A DNA stretch of 64,000 nt from Anaerohalosphaeraceae bacterium (GCA_963675525.2 CAXXSL010000008.1:64001-128000), one strand, 5' to 3'; shown: positions 10,618 to 21,788, counted from the stretch's first letter. Notes: a model not told the origin generated them from the sequence alone. Program-made: numbers and translations.

Positions 10618-12723
10618 TTAATCATGAAAATATATGGGACTTTGCTGTTCAAGAAGCGACGCCTGATCACCGGTCGTCAGATAGACATCCACCCTCGCGT
10701 TCGACTGGTTATCCCACCGGAATGTCATAATCGAACGGGCCGGAATACTGCTGACGACCCATTGGCTGTTCCATTCCAGCTTCAGAGTATCATTCGACGA
10801 ATGGGGATTAACAGCATACAGCACGAGCGAGTCGTCTGTGTTTTTAAATGCAACCGTCTGCACGTTTCCATTGGCCGAATCAATTCGAACGGCTCCGGGA
10901 TGAAGGAATTTACTGGCGTGCCCCAGCGCATAATAATGCGGACGCGGCGAAACCTGCCGGTTCGATTGATTGATCGTTATGACACCATAACAGGTATCAC
11001 AGCCGCCGGCGATCTTCGGGCCGTTGTTTTGATCCAGGGCCAGATTCCACTTGACGATCGTCTTGGCCCAGTTTCGCAGTGTATCAACCATAAAGGTTCC
11101 GTTGCGGATCAGGTCCGCGTCAAAACCGCCGTCATTCCAGGTGCCGTCGGATCCTTCGGTAAAATATGCTGCCTTGTTCGGATAAGCATTGTGTACCGTG
11201 GTTTGTGCCGATACGTTTCCCCCATAGTGGTGCCAGGCAACACCGTCAATATAGGGTCTTGCCTGGGAATCACCCAGCACAGACAGGGAAAAATCCGTAT
11301 TGTCCCAGTTATGATCCCAAACGAGTATTTTAGTCGAAATATTATTATTCTGAAATGCCGGGCCCATTTCCTTGACCAGTTTGATCTGATCGGCCGGTTC
11401 CATGCGGCAGCCCGCATACGACCACGGTTCATAGTAGGGTTCATTCTGAAGCGTGACCGCATCAATCGTAATTCCATGTGCCGCATAGGCCTGAACATAC
11501 TTTACAAAATAATTCGCATAGGCGGGGTATACGTTGCTTTTCAAGCTTCCTCCCCCGATATGCCCGCTGTCTTTCATCCACACCGGCGGACTCCAGGGAC
11601 TGCCCATGATCCGCACATTCGGATTGATGGCAAGAATTTCCTGCAGCGTCGGAATGATGTAATCCTCATCATAAGCAATTGAAAAATAATTCAGATTATA
11701 ATCGGTTGTCACACCGCCCGGAAGATCGTCATAACTATACTCCTGCAGGCGAAAATCAGATGCCCCCATCGGCTGGCGTAGATAACTCAAGCCGATACCT
11801 TCGTCCGGATCGAACAGATCGGTCAACACGGCCTGCCGCTCGGAAGCATTCAGAAATTCATAGATCAGCCAGGCGGACGAGTCAGTCAAAGAAGCTCCGA
11901 ACCCCTCGATCTCCTGATAGGTTACCGACGGGTCGATCGCAATCGTTTCCGCATCTACAGGAATCTGCCAGGTCAGCCAATTCTGAGCGAAAATAGCCAG
12001 ATCATCAATATTAATAATATCGTCATCATTTAAGTCGTATTGCGGAGCCGACTGCTGCCAGAAGTCGGACAGATGCATATAATCCATATAATCAACATAG
12101 AAGTCGTTGTTATAATCCGGATCATGGCCGACCAACAGTACGGCATTTTCGAACCAAACACTTCCGGTCCCGGGATCGCACGAGAATTCAACTTTTACCT
12201 GGGCAGTTCCGGCAGGAGCCGTTGCAGCCAGTGTATAGCCGGCCCAGGGATGCGGGATGTCGTAACCGCCCCCGTACGCCGCCGGATTAACCGTGCTCGA
12301 AGTCGCTGAAGTTATTTCAGCGCCAGAACCATTGAGAAAGGTCATTGACATGGTACCCGTAGGAAGCCACCATGCATCGGCACCGCTTAAAATCGTGAGG
12401 ATGTACTCCGTCCCGGCTGTTGCCGAAACGGTCTGGTAGAATCCGCCGCCGCCATCACCGCTGGCACCGGCCACCAGATAATAAGAACCGTTATAGGTAA
12501 CGCCTGCATTATTTTCATGATTGGCCCAACCATTTCCCCAGGCCCATGGCGTCCAGCCGGAGGGTGGATTCCCGTTATTCGGGCTGTTGAAATTGCCGTT
12601 GGTCAGCAGATTTGCCTGGGCAGCAATGCTCCCCACCAGAAACATCACGATTGCAATTTTTATGAACCCGTGTCTTTTTATCATTTGTGTCCTTTGCGTG
12701 TCGTTATCTGACGGTTCCAGCAT
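10618..12723 (-). CDS. Secreted CBM-like + dockerin-like + GH30 (GH30_3-like endo-beta-1,6-glucanase); true start probably 12684
   Basis: NLLTNGNF.. CBM-like N-terminus; internal DYNNDFYVD../DLNDDDIINIDDLAIFAQNWL; GFGASLTDSSA, RQPMGASDF, LQNEP, YFTEG, LRNWAK, WNLALD..GP..GGCDTC. Confidence 0.88.
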   Translation of the reverse strand: MLEPSDNDTQRTQMIKRHGFIKIAIVMFLVGSIAAQANLLTNGNFNSPNNGNPPSGWTPWAWGNGWANHENNAGVTYNGSYYLVAGASGDGGGGFYQTVSATAGTEYILTILSGADAWWLPTGTMSMTFLNGSGAEITSATSSTVNPAAYGGGYDIPHPWAGYTLAATAPAGTAQVKVEFSCDPGTGSVWFENAVLLVGHDPDYNNDFYVDYMDYMHLSDFWQQSAPQYDLNDDDIINIDDLAIFAQNWLTWQIPVDAETIAIDPSVTYQEIEGFGASLTDSSAWLIYEFLNASERQAVLTDLFDPDEGIGLSYLRQPMGASDFRLQEYSYDDLPGGVTTDYNLNYFSIAYDEDYIIPTLQEILAINPNVRIMGSPWSPPVWMKDSGHIGGGSLKSNVYPAYANYFVKYVQAYAAHGITIDAVTLQNEPYYEPWSYAGCRMEPADQIKLVKEMGPAFQNNNISTKILVWDHNWDNTDFSLSVLGDSQARPYIDGVAWHHYGGNVSAQTTVHNAYPNKAAYFTEGSDGTWNDGGFDADLIRNGTFMVDTLRNWAKTIVKWNLALDQNNGPKIAGGCDTCYGVITINQSNRQVSPRPHYYALGHASKFLHPGAVRIDSANGNVQTVAFKNTDDSLVLYAVNPHSSNDTLKLEWNSQWVVSSIPARSIMTFRWDNQSNARVDVYLTTGDQASLLEQQSPIYFHD

Positions 12724-12792
12724 TATTGAGTCGGCATTCTGCTAAAAATCGACCAATCATTTACATTATCACACCGAAGCCGTTAAAATCAA

Positions 12793-12820
12793 GCCCCCGG
12801 TAATATTATATACCGAGGGC
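12793..12820 (-). terminator. Probable intrinsic terminator after the PEP-CTERM gene
   Basis: Imperfect hairpin GCCCCCGGTA..TACCGAGGGC followed on the minus strand by TTGATTTT. Confidence 0.55.
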
Positions 12821-12883
12821 CTGCTCATTGTGTTCAACCATTCAATCAGCTGATTTAATGTCACTAATGCAACCCATTACAGA

Positions 12884-13501
12884 TTACACTTTGCGGCGTC
12901 TGAGCAATAATCCGCCAAGACCCAACAGTGCAAGCGTGGCCGGTTCGGGAACGACGTCCAGGTTGGCATTGTCAAACCGACTGGTTCCGCCGTCTGCAGC
13001 AGTCCAGCTTCCCAGTACCGCCCTGACCGTTACGGTACCTGCAGGTGCTGCAGCAATAACACTGCGAGGAGCCCAAGGTTGTGCAACAGCTGCATCGTAA
13101 CCATTTGCGTAAATCCAAGTTTCCGCAAAATCGAGCTGAACAGCCCCAGCATCATAGAACTCAATTTTCACATAGGCGTCGGGTTTCCACCAATCGTCCA
13201 GAGCTACATCGACGGTCAGTTGGTACGTTGCACCATCATCCGCTACGGCAACGTCCTGCCAAATGCCATTGTTGATGGCACCTGCATTACCGATCGCATA
13301 GTGAAAGTTTTCGGTGTCACCATAGGGGCCATTGGCTGCTGTCTCGCGGTTAACCCACCCACCAGAATTCCACTCGTTCCAATCAGCTGCGTTCAGCGGA
13401 TCGACACCGTCATCAAGGGAAAAGTCACCATTTGACAACAGGTTTGCATTCGCAATGCCAATCATTGCGAGTAACGCAAATAAAATTAGTATTCTTTTCA
13501 T
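12884..13501 (-). CDS. PEP-CTERM surface protein with a single CBM-like (NLL.NGDF) domain
   Basis: Signal peptide; C-terminus VPEPATLALLGLGGLLLRRRKV. Confidence 0.92.
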   Translation of the reverse strand: MKRILILFALLAMIGIANANLLSNGDFSLDDGVDPLNAADWNEWNSGGWVNRETAANGPYGDTENFHYAIGNAGAINNGIWQDVAVADDGATYQLTVDVALDDWWKPDAYVKIEFYDAGAVQLDFAETWIYANGYDAAVAQPWAPRSVIAAAPAGTVTVRAVLGSWTAADGGTSRFDNANLDVVPEPATLALLGLGGLLLRRRKV

Positions 13502-13618
13502 CTTTCCATCCTCTCAAAAAACTGCCATTTGGTTAGTACGTACTACACAAGACACACTACTTCACACACACTTCACGATATACACATCGCATTGACGTTA
13601 TACACAACTTGGCTTTTC

Positions 13619-13657
13619 AAAAGGGCTCTCCCTGCCGGATAAGCAGGGAGCCCTTTT
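13619..13657. terminator. Intrinsic terminator (bidirectional appearance)
   Basis: AAAAGGGCTCTCCCTGC-cggataa-GCAGGGAGCCCTTTT hairpin with A/T tails. Confidence 0.8.
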
Positions 13658-13676
13658 ATAATACGTCATTTATGCA

Positions 13677-15712
13677 TCAGGGTTGAACACTGGTATCCGT
13701 CAGCCACTCAGAAGCAAGTTTTGCGAAATCATTCAGATCCACGATGCAGTCGCCGTCCAGATCATACGTTGGTGCTGTACCCACGGGACAAACAGCCGTA
13801 TTCATTATAGTTGCATACGTCTGGGCGATCTCGGCAGCGCTCCGTGCATAGTTCCATATCTCGACTTCATCGTAGGTTCCGGCGATAAACTGGTCGTCGA
13901 TTCCGGCCGGGTTCTGTCCATAACGCCCGGCAATCGATACACCCGAAGCCGTTGGAGTAATGGTTCCGGTCGCGTCGTCACCTTCTGCCGATTGGGGAGC
14001 ACCATCAGCAACCCACCAAACCAATTGGACAACACCGTCAACATAAATCTTCCTGCTTGTGCCGTCATAGGTGGCCACGACATAGTGCCACTGTTCATCA
14101 AAGGGGGTGTCGAGGGAAGGACTGCCTTCAGTTCCGCCGCTAACCGCAGCTAAACCCCGCGTGGTGAAGCGGACACGCTGGTCTCCTATAGCGCCGACAT
14201 TTCCGCGACGCAACTGCCAGCCTTCATCGTCGTCGCCGTTACGAGCGACAAGGGGGGACCAGTCTGGAACATCATTGCTATCGGATATAATCCAGCAGCC
14301 AACTGTCATGTTGTAGTTGCAAATATCAAAGTACGTCGCATTCGGGTCGGTATAAAGCATATCCTCCGCACCCGTATCCGCATCGAAGGCCATACCGTCA
14401 CCGGAAATACCTATGGCAACAGCAGGATCCCCGACCACCGTTGTAGCCGTCGCGCTGCCGCCAATCGAACTGTTTGTCTCGCCCGCTTCAAATGACCAGT
14501 GAGCGATCTGGCGTTTGGTACCTACGACGGCTGTACTCGAAACAATAGCAGGTTCGGTGCCAATAGGCAGTGTAGCGTCATTTGTAATCTCGCAGTAGTA
14601 AGACCCATCATCGGTCGATTGGGTGCCGACAATTAACAGTTGATCCGAATCGGTCCCAACAGCCGTGTCGGCGCCACCGTCAACAACTTTATACCACTGG
14701 TAGTGTTCTGGTGAAGCTGACGTTACCGCCACTGAAAGGGTTACATCCGTTCCCGCATCGACGAGCGTATAGGGCTCCGGTTGTCCGATAACCTCCGGTA
14801 TAGATAGTTGTGTATAAAACTCCCATGTGGGACCTGTGACCTCCGTTGCATCATCCTTAACCATATCGACACGCCAGAAATAGCGCCCGTCTAAATCCAG
14901 GTTGGAGGCCGGCGTGTATGATTCCCGCGCAGGGCTTCCAACCCAACCTTCAGGAACGTCAGCAACAAAGTAAAGGTTCGGATCGGTAGTGCCGTTACTC
15001 ATATAAAGTTTGTGTGAAACCAGATTCGGATCCACAACTCCATTAGGATCAGAGACAGCCCAGGAGAGAGGGTTGGATCGACCGGTACCGCTTCTTCGCC
15101 GTTGGCCGGGTCCGGATCATACGGCGGATACGGATTGTTTTCCAATGTAAAAACCACGTTGTCAAAACCGACACTTCCGGTCGCATTGTTGGCCGCAAGT
15201 TCGACTTTCACGAAGAACGCGCCCGCAGGAGCCGTCGCGGTCAGCGAATAGCTTTCCCATGGATGCGGAATGTCAAATCCTCCCCCGTACACAGCCGGGT
15301 CAACGGTGTTCCTGATATCCTCACTGACGATGTTGTTGGGGTCCAACAGGTCCTGCGTGTCGCTGCGCAGCCAGATCATTGCCATGGTCCCGGTAGGAAG
15401 CCACCACGCATCGGCACCGCTGTCAGTAGTCAACGTGTATTCCGTTCCTGCTGTTACCGGGATGAGCTGATAGTATCCGCCACCGCCACCACCGGAAGCA
15501 CCAACAGCTATATGATAAGTGCCGCCGGGAGAACCCCACCCGGCTATTTCCGTATTGGCCCATCCATTACCCCAAGCCCAGTTTACCCAGCCCGTTGCCG
15601 GATCCCCGGTACCCGGAAGTTCGAAATCACCGTTCACCAGCAGATTGGCCTGAGCTGACATACCCAGGATTATAATCATCAATAGGCTACATAGTACCAA
15701 TCCTGTTTTCAT
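13677..15712 (-). pseudogene. Secreted CBM-like + Ig + LamG + dockerin-like protein, split by a 2-nt insertion (ORFs 14999-15781 and 13677-15035)
   Basis: Start MKTGLV at 15712. Removing one CT from CCCTCTCTCCTG (plus strand GAGAGAG at 15064-15070) gives a continuous ..PTLSWAVSDPNGVVDPNLVSHKLYM... LamG motifs WHYVVATYDG and DEVEIWN; C-terminal YDLDGDCIVDLNDFAKLASEWL. Confidence 0.8.
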
Positions 15713-15836
15713 AATAGCACCCTTTCTTAGAAACTTCTCTTCTTTTTCACCTGACTCCACGTCAAAATCTTTTAAATTCAAATAAACAATGACTTTTTTT
15801 CTTTTTCAAAAACAACATTAATTTTATTGATTTTTC

Positions 15837-17543
15837 TTAGGGCAATGTCAAACCGAAAACCGGCTCGGCAAAACCGCAGGTATCAAAGTGATTGGCAGGA
15901 GAACCTTCCACATTAATATTCCCGCCATCGGTAACAACCAAAGTTAAAAAGCGGTCCGTATCGGTAATGTCCACCTGAATATCATATCCCTGGTCAACTC
16001 CAAGACCCTTTCTGACATCCTGAATCTGACCATCCACCAACACCCATACATCCACCTCTGAGTAATCCGGTGTATTATTTCCCATACGGATAATCCCGGC
16101 AAAAGCCGAAAAAGAGGAAATCCGGAGGCCCGGAACCACCTGTCGTACGGCATTTAAATCCACCGTCAAACCGATATTGCTGTGAAGATATAGAACCCCG
16201 GAATCCTGAAATTGTTTCCGGGATTGCTCAAATGTCTGCTGAAGTGCATCAAAAAACGTCCAGTCTTTATAACACATGATATTGGAGAAATACAATCCAC
16301 TTGTTTTTGGGCATTCCCGGAACTGATGTCCGGCCGAACTGATGAGCGTGTCTGGATCTCCGCTGCCGGGAACAAAGATGCCGTCCAGATATGGACTTGA
16401 CGGGATTCGGATAATCTTTCCCGGTCCGCTTCGATACCAGCCAAAGTCGCTCGAAACCGCAGCGCCGGTAGCAGGGTCGTATTCAATGCTCTGCTGAGAC
16501 GCTGTTCCAAATCCGTTACCGCCAAGGAGAAGGTCCGTAAGACGAATAGGATTCTGGCCTTTCCAGACAAATTCCCTTTTGGAATCAATATTTCGGACCA
16601 ACGCCTGTTCATCCAAAGCAATGGCCTGTATGTTGGAGTTGCGAGAATCAACCTTGACCGCAGAACCGGCTGTCAATAGCTGGGATATTTTTCGTTCATG
16701 CTTTTCTCCGGCAAAGACATTAGCCTTGCCTTTGTACAGATGCACTTCCGTATTTCCATCGATATGACTGAGAATGCCGAATTCCGTGCCCAAATCAACG
16801 ATTTTTGAATTCGGTGTAATCACAGAGAAACCGTATCCCTGTTCAGAAACATGTGCAAACAGTTTTCCATATTTCATCGAGACTTCAGCGTACGACGAGA
16901 AATAAAATTCAGACGGTGCCTCCAAAACAATTTCAACCTGATCGTCAGTCTGTAATTTTACGATTCCTCGAGTCAAACGGATCGGTTTAGAACTGGATGT
17001 AATTCGGGTGCCCTGACTGGTTGACAGACCTGATGACCATTCCGCATCGATGGAATCGAAAACCGTTGCCACTTCATAAGGAGCAGGAGGAGCCAACCGG
17101 ACATAAATGATCATTAATAAACTCGCCGCAGCACAGAGAATAGCAGTCGCTAAAGAAAATTTATTAATCGTGCGAACAGGTCGTTCATGCCGAATCTTTT
17201 TTATGGGCTGCCATTCTGTAGTCTCTTTGGGTTTCGTAATTTCTATTGCGGCAGCATGCTTCTCATATTCCGCAAAATCCCACAATAAATCCATTTGCTG
17301 TTGCGGTCCCAGTTTACTCATGAATTCCGTATCTAACCCCTGTACAAATTCCGGCTGTGACAAGGGAACTTGTGCCAGGCAATGGAAATAATCCAGCTCT
17401 CTTGAAAGATCCACATAATACTCCAGTGCCTGTCGGTTCTGATCCAAGAGTGATTCCAACTCCGCAATGTCCTCACGGCCGGCTGCCCCATCATAGCAGC
17501 AAAGCAATAGCTCTGAAATCCTCATGTACTGACGGTCGTCCAT
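15837..17543 (-). CDS. FecR-domain anti-sigma factor with C-terminal NPCBM/NEW2-like domain
   Basis: Single TM (LATAILCAAASLLMIIYV); FecR motif FSVITPNSKIVDLGTEFG; C-terminal VWVLVDG..RFLTLVVTDGG..D..GFAEPVF; TAATG overlap with the sigma gene. Confidence 0.85.
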   Translation of the reverse strand: MDDRQYMRISELLLCCYDGAAGREDIAELESLLDQNRQALEYYVDLSRELDYFHCLAQVPLSQPEFVQGLDTEFMSKLGPQQQMDLLWDFAEYEKHAAAIEITKPKETTEWQPIKKIRHERPVRTINKFSLATAILCAAASLLMIIYVRLAPPAPYEVATVFDSIDAEWSSGLSTSQGTRITSSSKPIRLTRGIVKLQTDDQVEIVLEAPSEFYFSSYAEVSMKYGKLFAHVSEQGYGFSVITPNSKIVDLGTEFGILSHIDGNTEVHLYKGKANVFAGEKHERKISQLLTAGSAVKVDSRNSNIQAIALDEQALVRNIDSKREFVWKGQNPIRLTDLLLGGNGFGTASQQSIEYDPATGAAVSSDFGWYRSGPGKIIRIPSSPYLDGIFVPGSGDPDTLISSAGHQFRECPKTSGLYFSNIMCYKDWTFFDALQQTFEQSRKQFQDSGVLYLHSNIGLTVDLNAVRQVVPGLRISSFSAFAGIIRMGNNTPDYSEVDVWVLVDGQIQDVRKGLGVDQGYDIQVDITDTDRFLTLVVTDGGNINVEGSPANHFDTCGFAEPVFGLTLP

Positions 17544-18073
17544 TACAGAATCCCCTCCTCACGGAGTGCCCGTTTTACACAGAGATTAAGGGTATGGTGA
17601 ATCCTGGCCAAATGCTTATAAACATACTGGATGGACCGATCCAGTTGAACAGCCAGGTTATTAGCATTATAATTCAGTTCATAACGAGCCTTCAAAAGAC
17701 GTTGATCTCCCGACTTGAGTTTTTCAATGCATTGACGAAGGTGCCCAATTCGATCATCGGTCTTGTCCTGCTTTTCTTTTGCGGTTTCGCTGATTTGCTG
17801 AAAGATATTCTCACTGAAAACAAGGCGGTCTTTTCCTTTTTTCTTGCGGAAGTCCAGAATGCAGTAATAGGCTACTTTTAAACCCCAAGCCGCAAAGTCA
17901 GTCCCAACTTCAAAACCATCAAACTTCTTCCACATTACGGAAGTTGTTTCCTGCATAATATCATCCGCATCACTAAAATTCGGAACAACAGACAGAATAT
18001 AGGAATTGATTCGTCGCTGATTCGCCATCAGCAATGATAAAAACACTTTTGTCTTTGCGTTATTAGATTCCAC
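17543..18073 (-). CDS. ECF sigma-70 factor (Rhodopirellula/Verrucomicrobium type)
   Basis: RRINSYILSVVPNFSDADDIMQET..MWKKFDGFEVGTDFAAWGLKVA..; region 4 LRQCIEKL..LARIHHTLNLCV. Confidence 0.9.
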   Translation of the reverse strand: MESNNAKTKVFLSLLMANQRRINSYILSVVPNFSDADDIMQETTSVMWKKFDGFEVGTDFAAWGLKVAYYCILDFRKKKGKDRLVFSENIFQQISETAKEKQDKTDDRIGHLRQCIEKLKSGDQRLLKARYELNYNANNLAVQLDRSIQYVYKHLARIHHTLNLCVKRALREEGIL

Positions 18074-18580
18074 ACAAACCCTCTCTTGAACGTTCTCTCG
18101 CTATGGTATACTGTCTACTTAAATACGTCTTAAACACCCTTGTTCTCTACGGAAAAATTTAAAAACATAGTACAATTCTTATATCTTTCTAAGTTCTGTA
18201 CAACATTTAAACATGAATAGATTTACGGCTGAAAACTGCTTATGTCATCGTTTTTTTCAATTCAGAAAGAGGGGTTTTTAGACTGTTCTCAGGATAGATT
18301 CGCAAATAGCCTTGGACTATTCTGTAGCTTTTTATCGATGCAGGAAACCGAACACGCGATAATTATGGTCCACATTTCCTGTTTCATAGCTGAAGATCAC
18401 ACAAGAACATCGTAGAAGATGCAATATATTTCGTCGGGGACAATTCTAATTCATTTAATAACAAGTGATTAAGGAAGAATTATAAATGCACCTTGCGAGA
18501 TGACTTAATCCCTCGGCGCCGCCGATATCAGCGTTGGCACTCTGGATGATTATTTGCATCGTACAACAATCAACACCTGT

Positions 18581-21500
18581 TTATTTCAGGTACACATCAA
18601 TTCGCTTAATTGCCCGCTGTCGGACCTGTTCGGCCAAGGTACCTGTCACCTCGGAAGCGACAACTTCATGCTGATTGTCCAGGATATATTTGGCCGGCCG
18701 AACTCCATTCGTGCCATAGGTGTTTTGTCCTTCAGGATTATGATAGACCAGGAGAATCTCTCCCAGCAACGCACAGGCAAACGCATTTTCCGGAATGCGG
18801 ATCGGCTTTTCGTTCCAATGAACATCGACGGCCTTTTGGGTAAACCATCCGGCAGGTAACGCAGGTCGCAAGGCAAAGCATAATTGTCCATCGCGCAGTG
18901 TGAACGGCTGCTTGCCAACCGTTAGTAATAACCAGATATGAATAAATTCAGCCGTCGTACCACTGAGTCGTGCGACAAAACCACGTCCGCGTGCCTCGGG
19001 GTCAGGGCAGTCCGAAGAGGCAATAAACGAACTGTTTTCAAGGATACTGCGGCCATATACTTCCGGATCCATGAACGGCACCAGCATCGTTTCTGCATCG
19101 GCATAAAATTCCTGGTAGAGGTCGTTATTGACCAATTCCAGCAGATATTTGGTTGACATGTGAAGCCAGATGGATTCATTTTCAAACCAGCCGCGACTGA
19201 ATGTGCGTGCCCTGCCGATTTCAGGTGAGCAGCTTTCCAGACACTCGTTCAATTTGTACATTCGAAGTTTCTCGTCCAGTAAAGGGCTTTGGCGAACAGC
19301 CTGATAAATTTCTTTGGCCTTCTCTCTCGAACAGACCCTGAGCCAATGCACTTGCCCCTCAAGAAATAACGGCAGCGCTTTGGCTTCAAAACGACTGATA
19401 TCCACATACGTCGACCCGTCCGGTCGATAAGGCTTTTTGCGGTCGTTAGCATCCAGAGGACGATGATAATAATACGTATGCACCAAACCAGACTTCGAAT
19501 CGACCGAACGCTTCAAGCCCTTTTCGAATCGAGAAACGATCCCTTCGAGCAACTGCTGAAGTTTCAGTCCGGAAACTTCTGTCAGTTTGTCGGAGCGATT
19601 CCTGTATATTTTCTCGCGAAATGCTTCCCGAAGTTTACTTGACCGATCCCAATCGTATTCTTTTTTCAAGTCTTTAGTGACATCTTCGATCAGTTTTGAT
19701 ACCTCAACCGGCAGATCGATAGCGGGCATTTCCGGAAGAACTGCAAGCAGCCATTTTGCCAGGCGCAGGGTTTCAATGGCTTCACAGGTTGATGACCCAA
19801 ACAGGCCGGGAAGACCATTCATGGCGTCGTTCCATCCGGGCCTGCCCGCTTCCATTTCTATGCCCCGTCCTTCATAGTCCAGGGAGACTGCTTTCAGGGC
19901 CAGTAATGCACCGATTTTCGCAAGGATCGTTACCTGCGGAAGATCCGTCGGTCGCTTGGCAGCATCCACAATTGCTTCTAACTGCAACGGTCCATTTTTG
20001 CGTCTTAGATATTTATTTTTCCGTTCAACCACTTCGGCCGGCTCAAAAAACCACCCGATATCCGCCAAAGACGTCAGCATGTCCTGAGTGCGATCCGGGT
20101 AAACAGAATGAAACGCTTCAAGAAGGTCGAGAATATAAGTCCAGTGGTCGATCCAATAACCTCCTTCGTGACCGGAGGCAACTAACTTAATCTCACAATG
20201 TGATAAGATGTCATTCAGCCATTGAGACCGATCGGGAATATTCACATTATAGTAATTCGCCCATATCAGAACTTCCCCGGGAAGAAAACACCGGGAAATC
20301 AGTTTTTTAAATGCCGTTCGTGCCTCCCCGTCAATCGCTGAACACCATTGCATGGAATCAGTTTCCTCATTGAGACGCCACAGATACCCTTTAATCGAGA
20401 GTGGATTATAACCGTCAGCCTGAAGTAGGCTGGCCAAACATCCGAATCTCCCGGTCCAGCACTTCAGGATAAAACCACACATCATTTCTGCGGTTCTGGC
20501 AGATATCACGATAGTTTCCTTCTCCGCTGGACAGCGGACAGGCCGGCAAGTCAAAGTAATTATAATCCCGTTCGGCATCCCCGTGTCGACGGGAATACAG
20601 GTGCATCAGAGTTGGACCCCCCTGAGAAGGCAGGACCACAGGAACACCTCCCCGCATGACATTATCCAGATAATTTTGTCGGGCATATGCATCTAATTGG
20701 GGGTTAGAAGAAACCATAAAGGCCGGTTGTGTTATTGAGCGAATCAGTTGACGGCTCTGCCGTGACTCCGTTTCAAAGTCAGACAGCGTCTTATATTCTG
20801 ATAAAAACCGCAACAGCATTGAATCGCTCGGAGCCATTCCGGACAGGGCCACAATGGTTGTTGTCTCTGCCGGTTCTAATTTCACATTAAAAGGTGACAT
20901 GGCGCAAGGCAGTTTGTTTTCAGAGACTTGCCGCTTTTCATCCAGTACCATGCTTTCAATGAAATTATGAGGGGTAACCAAAGATTGACTGGCACCAAAA
21001 ATCAAATCCGAATCATAGTAGGGCTTTATCGGCAAAAGACGTTCCTCGTCACTGCGCCAGGACGCATAAAAATTGCCTTTTCGAACTTCTTCAACTTCCG
21101 CCTCGTCATGTGCAAGAACTTTAGCGGCATAAAAAGGAATATGCTCTGAAACCATACGAACTGAAGCGTAGGCTTCATGGATACGGCGCATTGTTTTAAT
21201 GCCAACATCCGTAAAACCGGCCGGTATGATCAGCGGCAATCCGTCGAGGCAATCCAATCGATGTGGTTGCGAAGAAATATTAGTGATATTCAGCACTCTG
21301 GCAAGAGTTCCGACAGGTTTGTTGACAGGAGAAAAATACGTCACTTCGAATCGAAGCCCTAATGTTTGATTTTCCTCCTGGATAACAAGACGATCCATCT
21401 CAACCCACATGTCCCGCTGCAGATGATACTGTTTGGAAGCGGAATCATTCTGAAACGGTTCATAATACCGGCCGTCAATCTTACAGAAGGTACGGAAACC

Positions 21501-21788
21501 CTGTATCGCGGTTAATTGATAAGCCCAATTAGCTGGAAGGAACTCTACAACGGCATTGTCTTTGTTGCCGATGCCAAACGACGAAATGGCTTGTCCGCGA
21601 TTCACATACAGGCACCATAAGGGTACGCCATCCGGACCGCCGATACCGGGCAGAAAACTTGCGAAAGCCGGTTTTCGGTCATATTGTTTGATTTGAAATC
21701 GACCATGCTCATCTAATAAGTACTCATCGGATGGATTCATGTTTGCTGTTTTAGTCGTCATTTTGTAATTATGAATATTTGTCGCCAT
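18581..21788 (-). pseudogene. GH161-like beta-1,3-glucan phosphorylase, split by a +1 frameshift at ~20434
   Basis: No signal peptide; motifs SFLPGIGG..PLW..YVNRGQ, YSRRHGDAERDYN, GNYRDICQNRRND, QADGYNPL, EMEAGRPGWNDAMNGLPG, GWFENESIWLHM, GFVARLSGTTAEF. Removing one G from ATG TTT GGC CAG restores MFASLLQADGYNP. Confidence 0.8.

Noticed and set aside
10624..11682. 352-aa plus-strand ORF (also 9353-10015, 39278-40234, 56667-57317, 61843-62412)
   Set aside because: Antisense to well-supported genes, with no motifs or RBS; a codon-bias artefact.
18074..18580. Long AT-rich intergenic region as possible ncRNA
   Set aside because: No stable structure, repeat or operator copy recognised; probably the promoter region of the ECF gene.
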